IMG/VR virus record: IMGVR_UViG_3300034021_000250
Location: 1-57,086 of that record
Length of the DNA: 57,086 nucleotides
Source: a virus
Lineage: Duplodnaviria > Caudoviricetes
Direction: 5' to 3' (one strand)
The position numbers were made by a program, and so were the translations under genes. How positions within the stretch are numbered: the first letter of the stretch is position 1; the number at the start of each line of letters is the position of its first letter. Positions 38,135-45,814 of this stretch are shown here, one piece after another. A model generated the notes under the pieces. It did no database searches and was not told the origin of the DNA. It saw only the letters and a program-made list of their open reading frames with translations.

Positions 38135-39207
38135 ACCTCACCCCATGGTGCTTTATCGTCACCGTTTGATACCCAAAGCACAGGATAGTCAGGTGGTGTA
38201 CCGAAGTCGTTGCAATACAAGTCGGTTAGGAATACGCAACACTCAGGCAACGTGTCTTTTGCGTTGATCGCCTCAATCACAGGGCTAAATGCTGTACCGC
38301 CACCGCCATGTGGTCTGATATTCAACTCGTCGTCGGGTGAATACTCTTCTTGATGACTTACAGAACTGTCGAAGTAATAAACGCTAATCTTGCTAGGGCG
38401 CATTTGGTTTTTAATGCCAGCAATCTCACTAGCAAACATGTTCAAGATTTTCTCGCTAATCGAACCCGAACAATCGACTGCAATAGCTATCTCGCCCAAT
38501 GTTTCGCCAGCTAACGAAGGCAAATACATACCTTGTGATAAGAACCTACGATTAGGTCTAGAAAATGAGCGGTCAGTGCGAACACGCTTGCTCACAAAGC
38601 GTCGTAGTAGTTCACTCCATGGCATCTTAGGTTGTACGATTTGGTCGATAAGTCGTTGCGCACCTAATGACATCTTGCCCATCATCTTGGCGGCTTGTGC
38701 CGCTTGAACCGCACGAATAGTCCACTGTTGGTCTTGGTCGTCACGTTCGCCAGCTTGGGCATCACGTAACTCGTCTTGTGGCTCGTCGTTTGATTGTTCT
38801 GGTAACAAGTTATAAACGCCGTCGGTATTCTTACCCGCTAAAACTATCTGTTGGTTGTAAAGCCAATCAGGATGTATCTCACCAACTCGGTCTGTCACTA
38901 GCATGTCGTTAATGATGTAATCGCCGGCAATGTTCCAACGCTTAGGGCTACGGCTACCTCGACGTGTAAGGTGCTTGAACACACAATGCATCACCTCATG
39001 TGCCTCAGCGAATTTAAGTTGATTAACTGTTAACGTGTTAACATATTCAGCGTTGTAATAAACGTTCTTACCATCGACTGCCAATGTAGGTATAGTGTCG
39101 TCCTCAACGAATGGTAGGTTGCATAGCAGTGCCGCATAGAACGGTTGCTCTACGATTAGCTGTGCCTTAGCCTTAGATAGCTTATAAACGGCATCTTGAT
39201 TAGCCAT
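38119..39207 (-). CDS. Metallopeptidase-VWA protein (DUF2201-like)
   Basis: HEVMH, WNIAGDYIIN, MIDAS DCSGS, GGGGT, FLTD. Confidence 0.9.
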   Translation of the reverse strand: MANQDAVYKLSKAKAQLIVEQPFYAALLCNLPFVEDDTIPTLAVDGKNVYYNAEYVNTLTVNQLKFAEAHEVMHCVFKHLTRRGSRSPKRWNIAGDYIINDMLVTDRVGEIHPDWLYNQQIVLAGKNTDGVYNLLPEQSNDEPQDELRDAQAGERDDQDQQWTIRAVQAAQAAKMMGKMSLGAQRLIDQIVQPKMPWSELLRRFVSKRVRTDRSFSRPNRRFLSQGMYLPSLAGETLGEIAIAVDCSGSISEKILNMFASEIAGIKNQMRPSKISVYYFDSSVSHQEEYSPDDELNIRPHGGGGTAFSPVIEAINAKDTLPECCVFLTDLYCNDFGTPPDYPVLWVSNGDDKAPWGEVCMMT

Positions 39208-39239
39208 AATGTTTACTCCTGTTAGTAAGTAGGTAGGTG

Positions 39240-40070
39240 TTACGCTGTCATGTATCCTGACATCTTGCTCAGAATATCGTCTAACCCTGTTACGGTTTTC
39301 TCTCGAACGTTTGGTAACTGACGTAGTGCTTCGGGTGCTTGTCCACATAGAACAGACTCAACCTCACGACGCATAGCTTCTAATTGTGGGTCATCAGTAA
39401 AGTTTAGTCGTGGCAACATATCGCACAGCTCAACCGCATTTTCTACAAGGCTGTCACGGAATACACCATCGGGGTCACGTAAGCGGTCAGCCGCTTTCTT
39501 AGCTACGTCATACAAGCGTTCCCATAAGTCTTTGTTAGCCTCACGTTCAGCCGATACGATACTGTCTTTGAACTTAGCCATCTCGTCCTGTGCTAACTGA
39601 ATACGGAAGTCGCCCTCTTGTGGTACAGGCATGAACGATACATCGAAGTCAAACTTGGTACGCACGTCGGTCGGGTAGTCGCTCTCGTTGTATAAACCAT
39701 TTAACGTAAGCTGTGCTTGTGACTTAAGGTGTGGGTATTGACGTACAAACTCGTTAACGTGTGTTTCCCATTCAGACTTAAGCGCACGCATCTCGGTCGT
39801 GAATTCTAAGTAATTCCTATTAGGTAACACCCGCGCCCCATCCATAGCCCAAGGTAAAGTGTTGGCATAGTAGAACGTACGTGCTGCACCTGTTGATTTC
39901 GTAATTGCCTCAAGTTCGTACGCTGCTGGCAAGATTGATTTGTGATACGAACCCACGCTTGAATTTACGCCATGATTGATCGCCACTTCTTTAGTAGCTT
40001 TCTTATCTAGCTTACGTGCAGTCCACTGAGATACGTTTAGTGATACTAGCAGTGCATTTTCTGCAAACAT
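39240..40070 (-). CDS. DUF3150-like protein
   Basis: LLVSLNVSQWTARKLD...TLPW...DYP; lies between MoxR and VWA genes. Confidence 0.7.
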   Translation of the reverse strand: MFAENALLVSLNVSQWTARKLDKKATKEVAINHGVNSSVGSYHKSILPAAYELEAITKSTGAARTFYYANTLPWAMDGARVLPNRNYLEFTTEMRALKSEWETHVNEFVRQYPHLKSQAQLTLNGLYNESDYPTDVRTKFDFDVSFMPVPQEGDFRIQLAQDEMAKFKDSIVSAEREANKDLWERLYDVAKKAADRLRDPDGVFRDSLVENAVELCDMLPRLNFTDDPQLEAMRREVESVLCGQAPEALRQLPNVREKTVTGLDDILSKMSGYMTA

Positions 40071-40078
40071 GTTACCTC

Positions 40079-40276
40079 CTATATTTGTGTAACTTCCGTT
40101 GATACGATTTCGTTGTCGGAAAAGATTTCCCAATCCGCACCATCAATGCATGTCGGGCAGTCTTTGTGTTCATTGGTATTTACTTTAATCAAGGCTTGCA
40201 CGAATGACTCAGCCTCAACCTCATGCCATACATGAACGTCGCATTTAACTATTTGACTAACTCGCCACCTAGCCAT
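40079..40276 (-). CDS. Hypothetical protein
   Basis: EVEAESFVQA motif; in operon. Confidence 0.55.
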   Translation of the reverse strand: MARWRVSQIVKCDVHVWHEVEAESFVQALIKVNTNEHKDCPTCIDGADWEIFSDNEIVSTEVTQI

Positions 40277-40285
40277 GTCATACCC

Positions 40286-40480
40286 CTATTGTTTAGATAG
40301 TGCATCTGTGTCGGTCAGTGCAAGGTCAACCCGTTGCAAGATTTCGAAAATATGTTCGTAGTTTCTGTCGTGTTCTTCATCCTTCCAGTTTTCTTCGAAG
40401 TGACGTTTCTCTTCATCCCACATGTAGTTGATGATTGCCTTGATGTCGTTAATTGTTGCTTTGGTAATGTGTATCGCCAT
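40286..40480 (-). CDS. Hypothetical protein
   Basis: In-operon ORF. Confidence 0.55.
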   Translation of the reverse strand: MAIHITKATINDIKAIINYMWDEEKRHFEENWKDEEHDRNYEHIFEILQRVDLALTDTDALSKQ

Positions 40481-40519
40481 ACGCGCCTCGTCGTAGTAGT
40501 CGGGGGTCGCCCCCCTTTG

Positions 40520-41518
40520 TTATAGAAGTACGTCTGCACCTTCGTTAGACGCCCAATCTGTAAACGCTTGTGTAGCCGCTAACGCTGGGTCACGTGTCAC
40601 CGCATCACGAACAACCAATGCAGTAAACTCAGGGGGCATACGCTTACTGAATGTCATAACACGTGCAAAGTTGTTATCAGTAGCACGTTGAGCAATAGCA
40701 CCGCTTAACGCATAAAGTACGCTACCCTCAGTCGGCACAGCATGTGTGTCGGGTGACATCAATACAGCATCAGGGTTAGGTAACTTACGATACATGTCAT
40801 GGAACGATTTGAACTCGATAGCCGCGCCCTCACCGATACGACCTTTATATAGCTCTAACTCAGCTTCGGCTGGCACGCTACCAATGAGAGGGTTGATACC
40901 TTCTACCCATGAACGTGGCGTTGGGTTCTTATCGCGGTTAGGGTCAAAGTCATGCAACATGCTAGGTTTGAAACGCCAGAACGCTACGATAATCGGTGAT
41001 ACACCATGACTTAACGCCCACTTACATGAGTCATCAAGGTTACTTTCTAATTCAATCTCAACCTCACGGTCGCTAAGGTGTGACAAGATACGATTTGCAC
41101 CTGCTCTATCTTTAGTACGATTACCCGTACTGATAACACTCCACCCGTCAGCTAGTGGCACGCCATGTAATTGTCTAGCCTGTTGGATGTTCGCTAATAC
41201 TTTCTGTAAGTCTTGGTTGGCTTGGTTACGGTCATCAAACAATAAGATACCTTTATCAGGTAGCCCAGCCTTACCCTCGAACGGATACCAATCGGGCATA
41301 CGATATGAGAACGTTGTTGTGTTGTTATCCATGTACGGAATACCAAAGTCCTCAACCAACATAGTCGGTAAGTGTTTTTCGATAAGCCCAATACCTAACG
41401 AGCCAGCGATTTGATGTACCACAGATGTCTTACCACCGCCCGGCGCACCAACGATTGTCGTACTCATACGCTTTTCAATGAGGGTAGGTAGAATGTTTGC
41501 AATTAAACTAGGTTTCAT
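40520..41518 (-). CDS. MoxR-type AAA+ ATPase
   Basis: Walker A GAPGGGKT, ILLFDD, TGNR, PTPRSW. Confidence 0.9.
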   Translation of the reverse strand: MKPSLIANILPTLIEKRMSTTIVGAPGGGKTSVVHQIAGSLGIGLIEKHLPTMLVEDFGIPYMDNNTTTFSYRMPDWYPFEGKAGLPDKGILLFDDRNQANQDLQKVLANIQQARQLHGVPLADGWSVISTGNRTKDRAGANRILSHLSDREVEIELESNLDDSCKWALSHGVSPIIVAFWRFKPSMLHDFDPNRDKNPTPRSWVEGINPLIGSVPAEAELELYKGRIGEGAAIEFKSFHDMYRKLPNPDAVLMSPDTHAVPTEGSVLYALSGAIAQRATDNNFARVMTFSKRMPPEFTALVVRDAVTRDPALAATQAFTDWASNEGADVLL

Positions 41519-41754
41519 AAGAGTGTTACCTTTCTGTTAGTAAGTTGGTGTGTTGTTACGGATTAAACGAACGCAAGTGCAATAGCTACACCGAATATCA
41601 CGGCATAGATAAACAGCATTAGGTTTGCGGCTTCGTTGGTGAATTGTCTGTTACGCATGTCATACCCCTTATATTGATAGTGAATACAGTTGATAAATAA
41701 GTACCCATACAGCTACAAGTAGGATGATGTTCAGTGTTACCCATTCAAAACGGC

Positions 41755-41940
41755 TCATAGTGATATGCCTTCCATTGGTAAGGTGAGTTGTTCGTACATA
41801 GCCATGTGAGCTTGGTACGTTTTGTTTTTGTCGCGGTTTAATAGCGTTACGGGTCTATCGTTTGTGATAGCTTCCACATATGCTTTTACCCAACGTGCGG
41901 AATACACATGTCGGGTTTCGGGTTTTCTACTACGTTGCAT
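41755..41940 (-). CDS. Hypothetical protein
   Basis: Start MQRSRK behind GAGG. Confidence 0.4.
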   Translation of the reverse strand: MQRSRKPETRHVYSARWVKAYVEAITNDRPVTLLNRDKNKTYQAHMAMYEQLTLPMEGISL

Positions 41941-41960
41941 GATGTCAACCTCACAGTTTT

Positions 41961-42440
41961 TGTTCACATGTGAACAAGTTGTGTTGAATTATTTTCGATG
42001 GATTGCGTCCATGATGATTGCGATAACAGAATAAATACCTATAACTATCATTACGAATGTCATGGTTTGACCCTTTTTACGTTAAGATGTTTACAGTCCA
42101 TTGTATGTTCACATGTGAACATTGTAGCAAAGTTTGTATTATTTGTACCTCTGTAACCCATTGATTTAACAGTAGTGTATGAATGTATGAAAGTTTTGGA
42201 GGATATACGCAAGTTTACACATATATAAGATAAATGTAAACATGTTAACAATGTTACCATGCCCCAAGCGTTTCACACATACCACAGATAGAATTTTTTT
42301 CTAAAGGGTATATATATTTTGTTCATACATTCATACATTCATACAAAGTATATAGTCTAACCCGCATAAAACCTAGAAAGTGATGTTTGTATGAAGTCAG
42401 ATTGTCGATAATACAATGCTACAAAGTAAACATGTTTACA
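41961..42440. other. Largely non-coding control region / candidate replication origin
   Basis: Five operator-like 16-mers, TTCATACA repeats in both orientations, IHF-like site, AT-rich tract. Confidence 0.5.
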
Positions 42441-42971
42441 CTAAGCCGCTAAAAGTTCGTCGTTTGATGCATTTTCGGCTTCGATGGATAAGTGGTAACG
42501 GATTAAAGCTGTTTTGATGTAGCCCGCAAGTTCTTCATTACGTACTTCACGCTTGCCTTCGTCTTTAATCGTGTCCAATTGTTTGAGTAAGCTGTTTACA
42601 CGTGTTTCAATGTCAAATGCACTGTTAAGGTCTTTCGTTTGGCGTGCATAGTCGTACCAACGTGCTACGGCTTCAGAGTTCAAATAGTCCTCATCGAATA
42701 CCATGCTGTCACGTTTTTTCTTGTTAATGCCGAATTGCGCCTTAGTTTTGTCCCATTTAACGCAACCCATGTCCTCGAAGTATGTTACGAGTGCTTGGCG
42801 GTCTAAACCACGACCCATAGCATCAATCAAATTGGTAGCGAGAGTCGCGTCACCATGTTCCCATGAGTGACCGATGATTGATACTGCAACCACGTGGATT
42901 TGTTCACGTAGTTTTACGTTTTTACCCTTGATACTACGGATTTGAGAGTTAATCTGTTTAAGTGTTAGCAT
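42441..42971 (-). CDS. First early-arm protein, hypothetical
   Basis: 176 aa; HSWEHGD...WYD; SD AAGGGG. Confidence 0.7.
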   Translation of the reverse strand: MLTLKQINSQIRSIKGKNVKLREQIHVVAVSIIGHSWEHGDATLATNLIDAMGRGLDRQALVTYFEDMGCVKWDKTKAQFGINKKKRDSMVFDEDYLNSEAVARWYDYARQTKDLNSAFDIETRVNSLLKQLDTIKDEGKREVRNEELAGYIKTALIRYHLSIEAENASNDELLAA

Positions 42972-43532
42972 TTTAAGCCCCTTGTGAGTAAGTAAATTTA
43001 TGAAACAGCACCCTAAAATTAACTGTTAAGATACTGTCAGATAAATGCCAATGTTGTCGATACGTCATGGCGTCCTTTCGTCAGGCGGATATTATCCCCT
43101 GATAGGATTTTCTCAACCAAATCGAGAAGAAGATGATATGTCGCGTAGCGTACACATTCGAGGTGGTTAGCCCCTGAAACCCAGCGAGCAATTAAGCCCT
43201 TAGCCGAGTTCACCCGAACCCTGTTATAGTCCCTTAGCGTGCAGTCACCGAGTTCCAACTGATTTTACAGTTAAGCCGTCCACACCTTATGAAGCCCCGT
43301 ACCTATGCTTGGGCGTACACAAAAATCCGCGCACGCTTGCACAAAAAGTTCACTTCACTAAGTCAACTGTAGCTATTATTTCTCGCATCGCCTTACGGCT
43401 TCGTCAGCTACACCTGTGGCAACATGTCAACCTGCAAGGGAGGGGAGGGGTGGGACACGTGATATGCATGCCCCCCCGCTGGCTTATGGGTTTGCCGTAC
43501 AACAGACCTCATTTTTTCAACCTGTAAACATC

Positions 43533-43562
43533 TTTACACCCATACCACCCGTCAAGTACAAT
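43533..43562 (+). promoter_or_regulatory. Promoter with operator; leaderless start at 43569
   Basis: TTTACA-18bp-TACAAT-6nt-ATG; TGTAAACATCTTTACA at 43523-43538. Confidence 0.55.
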
Positions 43563-43568
43563 CCATCC

Positions 43569-43781
43569 ATGGACTACTCAGACCTCATTCAACTCATAGA
43601 TCGCGCAAAAGCGTTACATGAACTTACCAAAGACAACCTCCTCCCTAGCGCAATAAGCTTACTGACCCCATACATGTCAGCAGAAGACCCCGACAATATC
43701 GAACTTGTTGGGCAAGCAAGGTATGCAGCAAATTGCATAGAGGCCATGTGGGACGCTCGTAACACGCTTTTCGGTGTATAA
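43569..43781 (+). CDS. Hypothetical protein (70 aa)
   Basis: MDYSDLIQLIDRAK part of track ORF 43416-43781. Confidence 0.55.
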   Translation: MDYSDLIQLIDRAKALHELTKDNLLPSAISLLTPYMSAEDPDNIELVGQARYAANCIEAMWDARNTLFGV

Positions 43782-43834
43782 CCAAAAAATTCCAGAATCT
43801 TGACAACTAGTAGCAAACATGTTTACATGTCAAC

Positions 43835-44206
43835 ATGGACGACCAAAACCCTGCCGTACAAAAAAAGATAAATATTTCTCCACAGTTACTGGAAGCAGTT
43901 GCTGAGGACTCTGCTGCTGCGCAGCCGGTATTAAGAGCGCAAGCGTTTATGATGGCAGACGAGATGTTTAGAACGCGTCACCAGATGTCTCTCCCACAAC
44001 GCATATCACTCATGGAATCGTTTGCAAAGATGGGGAACTTAAACCCTAAAGCAATTGATGTAGGTGGCGCTGCTGGAAGTGGGTTCAGTATTAACATCAC
44101 CCTGCCGGGGCATCAAAAAACACAGTCTGTGACTATCGAAGCTGTTCCAACGGAAAAAGTAATAGAGGCCGAAGAAGCACCTGTATCGGAAGAAGCTGAT
44201 GAGTAG
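43835..44206 (+). CDS. terS: Terminase small subunit (putative)
   Basis: Overlaps terL start; GFSINITL C-terminal strand; operator 43820-43835 ends on the A of ATG. Confidence 0.65.
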   Translation: MDDQNPAVQKKINISPQLLEAVAEDSAAAQPVLRAQAFMMADEMFRTRHQMSLPQRISLMESFAKMGNLNPKAIDVGGAAGSGFSINITLPGHQKTQSVTIEAVPTEKVIEAEEAPVSEEADE

Positions 44207-45683
44207 CTTTGTAGCAACCCCTACCATGGAAGATTTTATGCTGTCTAAAGCGTTCGTACGCGTATTAGGCGGGCCGATTGGTGGCGGTAAATCCGTATGC
44301 TGCTTACATGATCTGTTCTTGTGGGCGTCGGAACAGGCGGCGAATGAAAAGGGTGAACGGAAAACACGGTTCCTGATTATTCGTAACACGGCAGACCAAC
44401 TACGTTCAACGGTTCAAAAGTCGTTACATGATTGGTTCCCACCGGGACAAGCTGGTACGTGGAAAGCGTCAGAGAAAACGATGTACTTCGACCTACCACT
44501 TGCTGATGGCACCCGTATGAAATCCGAATGGATGCTGATCGCGTTAGATACACCAGATGACGTCCGTAAAGCGTTGTCACTAGAAGCCACGGGTATTTGG
44601 GGTAACGAGGCACGAGAATTGCACCCCGAAGTTGTTGAAGCCCTCCTAGGTCGTGTAGACCGTTATCCATCCATGAAAGACGGCGGTGCAACACGTGCAG
44701 GAGCAATATTCGATACCAACATGCCAGACGTCGATACTTGGTGGCATGAGAAAATGGAGAACGCTCCAACGAACTGGTCAGTACATGTGCAGCCACCTGC
44801 CATCATATCAATGGATCAGTACCTAGATAAATACCGTGAAGAGCCAGAAGAAGAGCGTACAGCCGTAGCATTCGATGGAACAGAGTATGTATCTAACCCT
44901 GAAGCTGATAACTACGATCACCTAAGCAAAACGTACTACGCCAACAACATACCGGGTAAGTCAGCGGACTTTATTGACGTGTTCTTACGTTGCCGATATG
45001 GTCGTGCGCTTAACGGTACTCCAGTGTATGACGGAACATTCATACCAGAATTTCACATAACAGATCACCTGACACCCATCAAAGCAGAGAACTATCCGAT
45101 AACGATAGGCTTGGACTTTGGGCGCACACCCGCAGCTATATTTGGTCAGTTAGACCATCGTGGTCGTATCATGGTGTTTGACGAGTTAATTTCTGAGAAC
45201 ATGGGTCTTGAGAAGTTCATCACAACAAAACTTAAGCCACTTATCTACGAGAAATACGCTGGGTACCCGATAATCATTGCACCCGATCCAGCTGGATGGG
45301 CAAAAACACAGGTAACTGAAACCTCCCCTGTCGACGTACTAAAGCGCGAAGGGTTTAAAGTTGTAGGTCGTGAACGCTTAACAAACAATGTAGAGCCGCG
45401 TATTCAGTCGGTAGAACGCATGCTAACACGTCAGGTGGATGGTAAAGCCGGCTTTTTAATATCAGCAAACTGCTCGTCACTTATCAAAGGGTTCAAATAC
45501 GGATATCGCTGGAAAGTCGACAAAAAAGGCAATATTCAGGATAAATCTCCTGACAAAAACGAATTCTCTCACCCACATGATGCTCTTCAGTATCTAGCTC
45601 AAATTGTTGATTCCGGCGTATCCGGCACCAGTATGGGCAGACGACGTGAGATTCAACCGGCGCCAATTCGCTGGGCTATTTGA
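44199..45683 (+). CDS. terL: Terminase large subunit
   Basis: Walker A GPIGGGKS, GNEARE, DTN, GLDFG, DPAG, SHPHDALQY. Confidence 0.95.
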   Translation: MSSFVATPTMEDFMLSKAFVRVLGGPIGGGKSVCCLHDLFLWASEQAANEKGERKTRFLIIRNTADQLRSTVQKSLHDWFPPGQAGTWKASEKTMYFDLPLADGTRMKSEWMLIALDTPDDVRKALSLEATGIWGNEARELHPEVVEALLGRVDRYPSMKDGGATRAGAIFDTNMPDVDTWWHEKMENAPTNWSVHVQPPAIISMDQYLDKYREEPEEERTAVAFDGTEYVSNPEADNYDHLSKTYYANNIPGKSADFIDVFLRCRYGRALNGTPVYDGTFIPEFHITDHLTPIKAENYPITIGLDFGRTPAAIFGQLDHRGRIMVFDELISENMGLEKFITTKLKPLIYEKYAGYPIIIAPDPAGWAKTQVTETSPVDVLKREGFKVVGRERLTNNVEPRIQSVERMLTRQVDGKAGFLISANCSSLIKGFKYGYRWKVDKKGNIQDKSPDKNEFSHPHDALQYLAQIVDSGVSGTSMGRRREIQPAPIRWAI

Positions 45684-45713
45684 CAGTTGTTTACATGTAT
45701 GCTTAAATAATCG

Positions 45714-45774
45714 TACTCATCTCCTCCAAAGTGGGTAAACTCCTTAAACCCCGTTAAATCGGGGTTCTTTTTTT
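45714..45774 (+). ncRNA. Candidate about 60-nt small RNA with CU-rich loop
   Basis: Hairpin TACTCAT/GTGGGTA with loop CTCCTCCAAA, then CTCCTT, then a terminator; TTGACA at 45680 upstream. Confidence 0.35.
45747..45774 (+). terminator. Rho-independent terminator after terL
   Basis: AACCCCG-TTAAAT-CGGGGTT-C-T7. Confidence 0.85.
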
Positions 45775-45777
45775 ACT

Positions 45778-45808
45778 AGTTGACATGTAAACAACATTCA
45801 TGTATAAG
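45778..45808 (+). promoter_or_regulatory. Portal promoter with operator; leaderless start at 45815
   Basis: TTGACA-17bp-TATAAG-6nt-ATG; AGTTGACATGTAAACA at 45778-45793. Confidence 0.7.
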
Positions 45809-45814
45809 ACTAGT

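Noticed and set aside
37383-41545. TACTAAC spliceosomal branch-point match within the 12-mer
   Set aside because: Bacteriophage context with no introns; coincidental
42060-42260. 66-aa ORF in the control region
   Set aside because: Its sequence is dictated by operator repeats and has no SD; likely spurious
41961-42440. CRISPR mini-array
   Set aside because: Repeats are 8-16 bp and irregularly spaced; the Cas4-like gene sits in the replication module with no other cas genes
43376-43412. Hammerhead ribozyme (minus strand CUGACGA plus stem-loop)
   Set aside because: The stem is followed by GAUG rather than GAAA and I could not build stems I and III
45800-45814. Portal start at ATG 45800
   Set aside because: It lies inside the predicted promoter; in-frame ATG 45815 fits the predicted +1
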